Assembly (NCBI GenBank): GCA_036170695.1
Contig: JAVHPR010000259.1
Location: 1-41,073, forward strand
From: Bacteroidia bacterium
GTDB lineage: Bacteria; Bacteroidota; Bacteroidia; 2-12-FULL-35-15
Length of the DNA stretch: 41,073 nt
Direction of reading: 5' to 3'
Below are positions 1-7,851 of the stretch, piece after piece; position 1 is the stretch's first letter, and every line of letters starts with the position of its first letter. The translations under genes and the position numbers were made by a program. The notes beneath the pieces are model-generated. The model made no database searches and had not been told where the DNA came from. It saw nothing but the letters and a program-made list of their open reading frames with translations.

Positions 1-4
1 GTAG

Positions 5-12
5 CAAAGATA
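5..12 (-). promoter_or_regulatory. Bacteroidota sigma-A -7 box (TATCTTTG) for a gene left of the window
   Basis: CAAAGATA on + = TATCTTTG on -, matching TAnnTTTG, followed by C as is typical. Confidence 0.5.
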
Positions 13-82
13 ATTTTATTTTTTCTATGTGCGCTCTAAACGTATATACCTATTATTTTATTCGAAATTGACCCTGATATAA

Positions 83-1561
83 TTAATCAATTTTTGATTT
101 CACGAACCAGCGGTCGTTAATGGTAAAACCAATAGTGGCTTTAATGAATTGTTCCTTAATTAAACCATTTGAGATGGTGCCCCTTTCTCCAAATTCAACA
201 CCGAAATTTATAACAGAAAAATTCTGAAGCATGAAACTGCGTCCTACGGGAAAACCAAGCCCTATGCTTAAGGCAGATTCAGTTAATCGGGTATTTTTTA
301 ATTCAAGCAATGTTTGTGCATATCGCCCGCCAATTCTGTAATATATTCTTTTGTAATAGCTTCCCTTTCCGTTTGCTTTTGAATTAGGAACAAATTGCAT
401 TCCCATAGAAACCCTCATACTATTTTTTAACGCTTGCGATTTATTGAAAGCCATATAGGTACTCCAGTTTTGAATGGCAAAGTCGCCGGCAATTAACCAA
501 CGGTCACCTTTTTTTATCCCTAAACCAAAACCAAAAGATAACGGGAACTGAATTTTCCCTTTTACGTTTTGAACGTTTTGAATGGTATCTTTTCCGATTT
601 CTGTACCTAATGAATTGTTAAAATAAGTATAAGAAAGACTATCAATTTTAGCATTTAAATCGGTTTGAGTAGCAAAAGAAGCACCCAACAGTAGTTTTAC
701 TTTATCTTTAATTTCATGGCCTCTCAATGAATCGAACGTATATGAATATTGTGCTCCATAATCAAAATAGAAATCGCCAATACGTGTAATAGTTCCTGTA
801 CGGGCATTAAAGGAATTACTGCTGCCAGGGAATATGGAACGCCTTGTATTATCAAAACTTCCAAACATATAAGAGGCGTTTAGTCCTAATGATAATAATT
901 GCAAGGACTTTTTCCGATTTAATATTTTATTGGCTTTCGCATAATTTTTTTCTTCTTTTAAACGGCTATATTTTTTTGATTCTAAAAAAAGTTGAGGAAG
1001 CCCAAACAATGGTTTTATCCCATTGCCCCAATAAACCTGATTAACACCGCCGGAACCTTCATACAAAAAATCAACCTCACCCACATTATTGATTACCTGG
1101 TGGTCGGATACTTTATATCCAACCGAACTGTAAGGCAACAAACCGATGCTGGTTCCCCACCACTTGTTGATAGGAAATGCTAGGGAAAGATAAGCAAATC
1201 CGGCATTATTAATTGTCTTTTTTGCGCTTGCGCTTTGTAATTGTGTTCGGGTAAAATTTTCAGCTAGTTCAGCCGTTGTCAGCCTGATATTGGAATACGA
1301 TGCAGGATTTCCTGAATTGATAAAAAACATTGGAGTTGAATCATTTTGCAATGCGATATTTGTACCTCCCATTGCAAAGCTTTGAGCAAAGCCTTTGCCA
1401 CTCAAATCGCCAATTCCATACCGCGAATAAGGCGAACTGTTTGTTACCTGAGCTATTGAAATATTGTATATTGAGTACAAAATATTAAGTACAAGAAATA
1501 CAAATGCCACTGATTTTAGTTTACTTAACTTTAGTTTACTTACGCTACTTGATGTATTCAT
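83..1561 (-). CDS. Outer-membrane beta-barrel protein (FadL/OmpP1-like Bacteroidota family usually found next to coaX)
   Basis: Signal peptide, then SPYSRYGIGDL...AMGG...NPAS, amphipathic strands, C-terminal INDRWFVKSKID; downstream of coaX. Confidence 0.8.
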   Translation of the reverse strand: MNTSSSVSKLKLSKLKSVAFVFLVLNILYSIYNISIAQVTNSSPYSRYGIGDLSGKGFAQSFAMGGTNIALQNDSTPMFFINSGNPASYSNIRLTTAELAENFTRTQLQSASAKKTINNAGFAYLSLAFPINKWWGTSIGLLPYSSVGYKVSDHQVINNVGEVDFLYEGSGGVNQVYWGNGIKPLFGLPQLFLESKKYSRLKEEKNYAKANKILNRKKSLQLLSLGLNASYMFGSFDNTRRSIFPGSSNSFNARTGTITRIGDFYFDYGAQYSYTFDSLRGHEIKDKVKLLLGASFATQTDLNAKIDSLSYTYFNNSLGTEIGKDTIQNVQNVKGKIQFPLSFGFGLGIKKGDRWLIAGDFAIQNWSTYMAFNKSQALKNSMRVSMGMQFVPNSKANGKGSYYKRIYYRIGGRYAQTLLELKNTRLTESALSIGLGFPVGRSFMLQNFSVINFGVEFGERGTISNGLIKEQFIKATIGFTINDRWFVKSKID

Positions 1562-1631
1562 ACTTTACTAATGATATGTAAAATGTCGTTTAGTTTAGAT
1601 TATTTTCTAATGTATATAATCTGCCCAGAGT

Positions 1632-1686
1632 CTTCGACAAGCTCAGACTGAAGCGCGGCTTCATATTGAGCTTGTCGAAATATGTG
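1632..1686. repeat. REP-like inverted doublet (CTTCGACAAGCTCAG type)
   Basis: TTCGACAAGCTCA (1633-1645) is the perfect reverse complement of TGAGCTTGTCGAA (1667-1679); related copy at 20274-20339. Confidence 0.75.
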
Positions 1687-1696
1687 CGATGGCTTC

Positions 1697-2509
1697 TTAA
1701 CTAAACGACATTAAATTATAATTTAAAATCACATTAAGCCCTTTCAGGATTAAAAATGAATCTGTAAAGATGGGGCTTTTTAATCGTTTCTCAAAAAAAT
1801 AAGCATCACCACCTGTTAAAACTATATTTAAATCGGGATTAAATTGTTTATACCTCTCTATAACTCCCTCTATTTCAGTTATTGTGCCTATTTCTACACC
1901 GGATAAAATACTGTCATTGGTGTTACTACCAATAAGGGTATCGAAATTTTCATCAACAGCTAATAATGGTAATCGGGAAGTAAAAGTATTTAATGCATTG
2001 AAACGCATCTGTAAACCCGGTGAAATGGCCCCTCCTATAAACTCATTATTGTCATTTACAAAATTGTATTTTATACAGGTTCCGGCATCAATCACCAATA
2101 CATTTTTGTTGGGAAATAAAAAATTCCCGCCCACTGCGGCGGCAAGCCTGTCTGAGCCAAGGGTATTAACCGATTGATATAAATTTACCAGCGGTGTAGG
2201 CGTTTCGCTTGTAAAAACAAGTGTTTTTGCTTTCTCTTTCAGGGTATTTATTAACGAACCCATCTCATCAACAACGGAAGTTACTATACACCTGTTGATG
2301 CTGTATTTTTCAAATAAATCAGCTGCCAGCAAGGCTTCTGTCGCCTGCTCGAATGATTGGTGAAATGAATGGCGATATTCTTTAGAAACAGGCTCATTAG
2401 GACGGGTTTCAAAAACAAAAAAATGTACTAATTCATTTTTTTCGATCAAGCCTGCTTTAATTCTTGTATTTCCTATGTCTATTACTAAATTGATTTGCTG
2501 ATCTGCCAT
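1697..2509 (-). CDS. coaX: Type III pantothenate kinase
   Basis: IDIGNTRIK, TLGSDR, VIDAGTC, GGAISPGL and LTGGDA motifs. Confidence 0.95.
   Translation of the reverse strand: MADQQINLVIDIGNTRIKAGLIEKNELVHFFVFETRPNEPVSKEYRHSFHQSFEQATEALLAADLFEKYSINRCIVTSVVDEMGSLINTLKEKAKTLVFTSETPTPLVNLYQSVNTLGSDRLAAAVGGNFLFPNKNVLVIDAGTCIKYNFVNDNNEFIGGAISPGLQMRFNALNTFTSRLPLLAVDENFDTLIGSNTNDSILSGVEIGTITEIEGVIERYKQFNPDLNIVLTGGDAYFFEKRLKSPIFTDSFLILKGLNVILNYNLMSFS
2344..2406 (-). repeat. 63-bp palindrome-bounded element inserted in frame in coaX
   Basis: Minus strand reads CCCGTCCTAATGA-(37 nt)-TCATTCGAGCAGG (imperfect inverted repeat); removing it leaves in-frame FVFETTEALL. Confidence 0.6.
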
Positions 2510-2603
2510 ATGGTGTATATTAACAGCTCTGTGCCATTTGCATTGCTTTATTTCTACAAAACTTCCAACGGGGAAATAAAAAAAACATATTATCGCTTAA
2601 TCG

Positions 2604-2942
2604 CTATTGTACTTTAATTGCTCCCTCCTCTGCAGGATTTGAAGAGTGATAATTGCAAAAAAAGTAATACGTTCCTGCAGTAGTAAAAGTATAGGTAAAT
2701 GTACTTCCGTTTTTTATTGTTCCGCTATCAAATAAATTATTAGTGGAAGTAACAGAGTGGTTAGCATTATCTTTATTTGTAAAAGTTACAGTTGTTCCAA
2801 CTGCAACCGCCAATTGTGTTGGATTAAAAGCCTTGTATTCCAGCCATATTTCATTTATACCCGGAGATCCCAAATCTTTTTTTTTGCAACTTGTCAAAAC
2901 AAAAAACATCAAAAAAACAGAACAGGTAATTACTATTTTCAT
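2604..2942 (-). CDS. Plastocyanin/azurin-family cupredoxin lipoprotein
   Basis: Start MKIVIT at 2942, lipobox LTSC; FNPTQLAVAVGTTVTFTN, NHSV, GTYYFFCNYH motifs. The ORF-track start at 3023 lies inside a repeat. Confidence 0.85.
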   Translation of the reverse strand: MKIVITCSVFLMFFVLTSCKKKDLGSPGINEIWLEYKAFNPTQLAVAVGTTVTFTNKDNANHSVTSTNNLFDSGTIKNGSTFTYTFTTAGTYYFFCNYHSSNPAEEGAIKVQ

Positions 2943-2994
2943 ACGATATATCACTAAATATTTAACAATCAAAGGTATTAAAAAATTCACTGAA

Positions 2995-3322
2995 CTCCAA
3001 TCAACAAATTGGGTGTACGACAAATTTCCAATAAGGCTTTAATTTCACCCCTTCGGGGTTTTACCATTACGAAATGTTCCATTGTGCTATAATCATTTCA
3101 TCCCTTCGGGATTTACTAAGGATTGGCTACAAAGCCCGAAGGGCTGTTATTATTATAGCTCCAATCAACAAATTGGGTGTACGACAAATTTCCAATAAGG
3201 CTTTAATTTCACCCCTTCGGGGTTTTACCATTACGAAATGTTCCATTGTGCTATAATCATTTCATCCCTTCGGGATTTACTAAGGATTGGCTACAAAGCC
3301 CGAAGGGCTGTTATTATTATAG
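2995..3322. repeat. Perfect tandem duplication, 2 x 164 bp
   Basis: 2995-3158 and 3159-3322 read identically (CTCCAATCAAC...TTATTATTATAG). Confidence 0.9.
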
Positions 3323-3388
3323 AATAAATAATGGTTGGTTTTGTAAAACCCCAAAGGGGTGGTATAAGGGAAATTTGTCGTACACACA
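3174..3388. mobile_element. 215-bp MITE-like element carrying four REP hairpins
   Basis: TIR TGGGTGTACGACAAATTTCC (3174-3193) vs GGAAATTTGTCGTACACACA (3369-3388), 19/20; ACAAAT duplicated at 3168-3173 and 3389-3394; internal CCCCTTCGGGG, TCCCTTCGGGA, GCCCGAAGGGC, CCCCAAAGGGG. Confidence 0.8.
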
Positions 3389-3583
3389 ACAAATCTATAT
3401 ACATATTTATTGCAAAAACCGACAATAATCCCCGAAAACTAATTAACAAAAACACGAGTTATTAACAATTGAGCGTGTGTAAAATACTCCTACCTCCTGT
3501 TCTTTTAAAAAAATAACGCTATATTTTTATCAATTGAAATATAGTAACATAATAAAAGCATCAACCTCCATAATAAAAGAAAC

Positions 3584-4159
3584 ATGAAAAAGAAAAACTT
3601 ACTATTCGTCATCTCCATAGCGATATTCGTTGTTTGGATTTCAGGTTGCAGGAAAGAAATCCCTTACACACATCTACACGACGCTCCATCCGTGCCGAAA
3701 ATTCATATAGGACAAAAATACGGCGGAGGCATTGTTTTTTATGTAGATAGTACAGGTTTTCATGGGTTAACAACTTCTACCATCGACCAAAGCAACTCTT
3801 TGAAGTGGTTCAATGGAAGCTTTATACAAACATCTGCAACAGGGGCTAAAGTTGGTACCGGAATGGAAAACACCAATGCTATCATTAATGCCCAGGGACC
3901 CGGAATATACGCAGCCGGGATATGTGATAATTTGAAAATTAACGACTTTGGCGGTTGGTTTTTACCTTCAAAAGATGAACTGAATTTATTGTATCTTCAA
4001 AAAGTAAATGGTAAAGTTGGTGAATTTCCCTGTTCCTTCTATTGGAGTTCAACGGAAAGTTCCAATAATGGTGCCTGGTCTCAAAGCTTTAGCAATGGGG
4101 CAAACAGCAGTGCAAATAAGGATGGGTCGTACGGTGTACGTGTAATTCGGGCATTTTAG
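3584..4159 (+). CDS. DUF1566 (Lcl C-terminal-like) domain lipoprotein
   Basis: Lipobox ISGC; IGQKYGGGIVFY, GWFLPSKDEL, YWSSTE, AW and VRVIRAF motifs. Confidence 0.8.
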   Translation: MKKKNLLFVISIAIFVVWISGCRKEIPYTHLHDAPSVPKIHIGQKYGGGIVFYVDSTGFHGLTTSTIDQSNSLKWFNGSFIQTSATGAKVGTGMENTNAIINAQGPGIYAAGICDNLKINDFGGWFLPSKDELNLLYLQKVNGKVGEFPCSFYWSSTESSNNGAWSQSFSNGANSSANKDGSYGVRVIRAF

Positions 4160-4229
4160 CCGAATATGAGTTTTTAAAATCAAGCAATTTGAGAATCTGT
4201 AAAGAAAATTTGTTTAGTCGTGTTTAATT

Positions 4230-4454
4230 AATTATAAAAAGATGTCATGTCGAGATTTGACGAGACATCTTTTTTTAATGAAAAAGATTCCTCCACCAGC
4301 TAGTGTCATGTCAATCGTGAAATATCCTAAAGTCATGCTGAACTTGTTTCAGCATCCATAAGATTCCGAAACAAGTTCGGAATGACCAACAATGCGACAA
4401 AACAAACCTGACTTGACACTAGGAATAAAAGACAATACGTCAAAGTAAATTTAA
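4230..4454 (+). repeat. REP-doublet element (GTCATGTCGAG...AGACATCT / AGATTCCTCC...GGAAT) interrupted by a 117-bp MITE
   Basis: Aligns with the reverse complement of 28730-28865, including flanks AATTATAAAAAGA and CGTCAAA..AAATTTAA. Confidence 0.7.
4303..4419. mobile_element. 117-bp MITE-like element, copy 1 (TA-flanked), with REP doublet cargo
   Basis: TIR GTGTCATGTCA / TGACTTGACAC; TA at 4301-4302 and 4420-4421; internal GTCATGCTGAACTTGTTTCAGCATC...GATTCCGAAACAAGTTCGGAATGAC (4332-4386); second copy at 13439. Confidence 0.85.
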
Positions 4455-4473
4455 ATAACTGGAGTTTAAAATC

Positions 4474-4821
4474 ATGTTTAAAACCCGCCACTACGAAAAC
4501 CTGCACATACCACTCTGGTTATTGAAAGACACCTGCTGGATGCTTCAATGGCGTGCGTTCGGGATTACCATGATAGTTCCTACTATTTCGGTAGCATTAA
4601 TAATCACAATAATCAGTTGGCGTGAAAAAGAGGATGAATTCTGGATAAATCTTGCTGTTTTATTATGGATTTCAGGCAACTCTTACTGGATGATCTGCGA
4701 ATTTTTCCACCACGAAGAAATAAAAAATTACGCAGGGTTTCCCTTTTTGGCAGGCATGATTTCTGTTGCTTATTTTTATAAGATCCGTTTGATAAATAAA
4801 AAAGCTAAAGAAGGCATCTAA
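4474..4821 (+). CDS. Small integral membrane protein (about 4 TM), conserved hypothetical
   Basis: Hydrophobic segments with a pseudo-repeated W-x3-(D/N)-x2-WM motif (ENLHIPLWLLKDTCWM / NLAVLLWISGNSYWM). Confidence 0.75.
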   Translation: MFKTRHYENLHIPLWLLKDTCWMLQWRAFGITMIVPTISVALIITIISWREKEDEFWINLAVLLWISGNSYWMICEFFHHEEIKNYAGFPFLAGMISVAYFYKIRLINKKAKEGI

Positions 4822-4938
4822 CCCAAATATTTCCATCCAAAACACTGATTCCCTCAAAAAAATTGATGTAATTTCGCCGTCTGTTATTGAGTAGCAAAAG
4901 AAATGAAGCTACCCGAATTAACCTAATATCTCATTAGA

Positions 4939-6624
4939 ATGAAAAAAATTAAATTCGCTATTTTTTCGTTGATTGCCACATCAAGCATTTTGACTTATGG
5001 ACAAAGCACCGAAATCACGCAGGAGGTAAATACTCCCGTTCAGTCGGCAATAATTTATTTATATGGAGCAGAGGTTTCTCATAGCAAACAGGTAACCTTA
5101 AATCCGGGAAGAAATAAAATAGTTTTTATTGGTTTGTCACCTAAACTAAATTCAAAAAGCATACAAGTAAATGCCACAGGTGACGTAACCATACTCGCAA
5201 TTTCAGATGCGATCAATTATATGGCAAATCAAAAAGAAGGGAGCAGGATAAAACAATTAAAAGACTCTGCTTCCATCCTAAATGATGCTGTAATAGGAAT
5301 TAATAATGATAAAGATGCATTTGCAACAGAGAAAAATATGCTCCTGAAAAATGATGCCATTGGAGGAACGGAAAAAGGGGTTTCAATTGCCGAACTTAAA
5401 TTAGCTTCCGATTTTTACAGAACCAGAATAAAAGAGATTAACAATGAACTATCCGCGTTAAATAAAAATGCTAATAAGTTAAATGAAGCCTTATCAAAAA
5501 TCAATCAGCAACTGATGGAGCTTAATGCAAAAATCAATCAGCCCTCCGCTGAAATATCTATTCTGCTTTCAACTACAGTTAAAACGACAACTACCATTAA
5601 TTTAAAATATGTTGTTACCGACGCAGGGTGGGCACCAAGTTACGACTTACTAGCAGAAGACATCAATCAGCCAATTGAATTAAAATACAGGGCAAAAGTT
5701 TTTAACAATACAGGTATCGATTGGAATGATATTAAGATTAAACTTTCTACTTCAGATCCTTCGCAAAGTGCTGCAAAACCTAAGTTAGAGCCTTGGGAGT
5801 TGGCATTCGTATCTCCCAATATTTATAAAAAACAAAAGAGTTACGCCTACTCCGAAAATTCACCTATTCAGCAATCCAGCGAAGGGTATATGCAAAATAG
5901 TATAAGTAATCTGCCGGGAAGTGGGCAAATTCAGAAACCTGCCATCCAATCTAAAATTGAGTTTATTGAAGTAGAAATTGCTGAACTGAGTGCAGAATTT
6001 GATATTAAAACGAATTACTCGATACCGGCAGATTCAAAGCCATATATTGTAGATGTGACCGAATATAAACTCCCCGCAACTTATCAGCACTTTAGTGCCC
6101 CTAAACTGGTTAGAGATGCTTTTTTATTGGCTCGCATCACTGGTTGGGAAGATTTAGACTTGGTTGAAGGTCCTGCAAATATCTATTATGCCGGAACCTA
6201 TGTTGGTCAATCATACATTGATACCCGCAGCGCAGATGATACGCTGGATCTTTCTTTGGGGCGCGATAATAAAGTATTAGTTACCCGCACTAAAGTGAAA
6301 GAGTTTAGTCTCAGAAAGATCATTGGAAATACCACAAAAGAAACGTTCGCATACGAAATGTTGGTAAAGAACAACCGCAAAACACCTATTCATATTGAAG
6401 TTATTGATCAACTCCCGATATCAACTCAAAGTGATATACTGGTTGATGTTGTTGAAACCTCAAAAGGCGAATTTGATGCTAAAACAGGCGAATATGCATG
6501 GAAAATAGCCTTGCAACCCGGTGAGGTCAAAAAAATAGAGTTTTCTTTTTCTGTAAAGTATCCTAAAAACTCCAAACCAAACTTGCAGAAGACAAGAAGC
6601 CATATGAATGTAAGGTTTATGTAA
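4939..6624 (+). CDS. DUF4140/DUF4139 (MuiA-like) protein
   Basis: Signal peptide; IYLYGAEV N-domain, coiled coil, YVVTDAGWAPSYDL, NNTGIDW, LSLGRD, IEVIDQLPIS motifs. Confidence 0.9.
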   Translation: MKKIKFAIFSLIATSSILTYGQSTEITQEVNTPVQSAIIYLYGAEVSHSKQVTLNPGRNKIVFIGLSPKLNSKSIQVNATGDVTILAISDAINYMANQKEGSRIKQLKDSASILNDAVIGINNDKDAFATEKNMLLKNDAIGGTEKGVSIAELKLASDFYRTRIKEINNELSALNKNANKLNEALSKINQQLMELNAKINQPSAEISILLSTTVKTTTTINLKYVVTDAGWAPSYDLLAEDINQPIELKYRAKVFNNTGIDWNDIKIKLSTSDPSQSAAKPKLEPWELAFVSPNIYKKQKSYAYSENSPIQQSSEGYMQNSISNLPGSGQIQKPAIQSKIEFIEVEIAELSAEFDIKTNYSIPADSKPYIVDVTEYKLPATYQHFSAPKLVRDAFLLARITGWEDLDLVEGPANIYYAGTYVGQSYIDTRSADDTLDLSLGRDNKVLVTRTKVKEFSLRKIIGNTTKETFAYEMLVKNNRKTPIHIEVIDQLPISTQSDILVDVVETSKGEFDAKTGEYAWKIALQPGEVKKIEFSFSVKYPKNSKPNLQKTRSHMNVRFM

Positions 6625-6645
6625 TTTTAATAGTGAATGTAATAA

Positions 6646-6791
6646 CAATAGTTCGGTGTTTTTTTCAAATAGGGACTAAAGTCCCTGAATTCATTGGGTT
6701 TTATTGTAACCCCAGCCTTAAGGCTGGGGTTAATACAATGCCCCATATTAGAGGGCTTCAGCCATGACACTAAAAAAGTACCGAACCATTG
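6646..6791. mobile_element. 146-bp MITE-like element with REP hairpin cargo
   Basis: TIR CAATAGTTCGGTGTTTTTTT vs AAAAAAGTACCGAACCATTG (17/20); TAATAA duplicated at 6640-6645 and 6792-6797; hairpins AGGGACTAAAGTCCCT (6671-6686), perfect 26-bp palindrome (6707-6732), GGGCTTCAGCC (6753-6763). Confidence 0.8.
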
Positions 6792-6804
6792 TAATAAAGT
6801 AATT

Positions 6805-7779
6805 ATGCAAAAAAAAAATTATTACATATTACTTGGAGTAAAAAACACAGCTACTTTTGATGAACTGAAAGTTGCCTACCGCAATTTGGCCAAAAAATAT
6901 CATCCGGATAAAAATCCGGATAATAAAAAGGCGGAAGAGCATTTTAAAGAAATACAACAAGCATATACTGTTTTGTCAAACCCTGAAAAACGTGAAAAAT
7001 ATGATTTAAAAATTTCTTATGGCAGGGGGCATAGCCAACAAAAACAACAGCCCCATTATACCGGTGCCTCACAACAATATTCGCAACAGCAAACGCAGCA
7101 ACAATCGCAGCAACAAAACTACAACGCAAGAAAAGCCAGGGCCTATAAGCATGATAAAACTGAAAACTATCAAATACCCATAAGTATTGGCATTGCGTTG
7201 ATTTTACTTTATTTGATTATTTCATATTCCACCCATAACAAAAAAGAAAGGGTGGTTTCATCTAATGGGGCATCAAGCACCGCCATTGACCAGTACCAGA
7301 GGGGGAATGAGGAAACAAATGCGAAACCGCTGATTAATAATTTTGACTCCCCTTACAGTAACTTTTTTGGTGAAGAAATAGTTAATGAGGATAGCAAAAA
7401 CAACATTGTTATCAAAAACAGTGATGAATCAGAAGCTGTTGTTTGTTTGGTAGAAAACAAAAAAAATGCCAGAACTATTCGTAATCAATACATGACTATG
7501 GGTAATTCTTTTAAAATGAATAATATTCCGGATGGAGACTATTTTTTAAAAGTTTATTTTGGAACTAATTGGGATACCGCAAAAACATTCTTAAACAACC
7601 AGGTGAAAGGTGGATTTTTGAATGAAATGGGCTTTTTTGAATTAAAAATTAACAATAGGTTTTTTAAAATGAAGCAAGAACAAACAAACTCAAGTTCTTC
7701 ATTCTCCTCCTACGAAATAGGATTAAGTCCTAGTCAAAAGGACAACAAAACAATTGCCGCTGAGCAGTTTTTTCAATAA
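6805..7779 (+). CDS. Membrane-anchored DnaJ (J)-domain protein
   Basis: Start MQKKNYY; J domain with [10 protein letters not shown] and [19 protein letters not shown]; Gln-rich linker; one TM helix; C-terminal beta-rich domain. Confidence 0.9.
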   Translation: MQKKNYYILLGVKNTATFDELKVAYRNLAKKYHPDKNPDNKKAEEHFKEIQQAYTVLSNPEKREKYDLKISYGRGHSQQKQQPHYTGASQQYSQQQTQQQSQQQNYNARKARAYKHDKTENYQIPISIGIALILLYLIISYSTHNKKERVVSSNGASSTAIDQYQRGNEETNAKPLINNFDSPYSNFFGEEIVNEDSKNNIVIKNSDESEAVVCLVENKKNARTIRNQYMTMGNSFKMNNIPDGDYFLKVYFGTNWDTAKTFLNNQVKGGFLNEMGFFELKINNRFFKMKQEQTNSSSSFSSYEIGLSPSQKDNKTIAAEQFFQ

Positions 7780-7781
7780 AA

Positions 7782-7831
7782 AAACCACCCATTTTGCTTC
7801 CAACAAAAACATGGAGCGAAACGGGTGATTT
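7782..7831 (-). terminator. Intrinsic terminator between convergent genes
   Basis: Minus strand AAATCACCCGTTTCGCTCCA-loop-TGGAAGCAAAATGGGTGGTTT followed by a T run. Confidence 0.7.
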
Positions 7832-7851
7832 CAAATACTCAATTCTTTTTT

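Noticed and set aside
1514-1545. 15-bp duplication giving SKLKLSKLKS in the OMP signal region
   Set aside because: Minor slippage in a variable N-terminus
2943-3023. N-terminal extension of the cupredoxin ORF
   Set aside because: Begins inside the repeat; the signal peptide starts at 2942
2995-3394. Possible CRISPR array
   Set aside because: Only two long identical units, no unique spacers and no cas genes; explained by a MITE plus duplication
3074-3428. ORFs 3074-3256 and 3246-3428
   Set aside because: Lie wholly within the palindromic repeat; no protein-like features
6694-6804. 37-aa N-terminal extension of the J-domain ORF
   Set aside because: Translation of the MITE; the J domain begins right after ATG 6805
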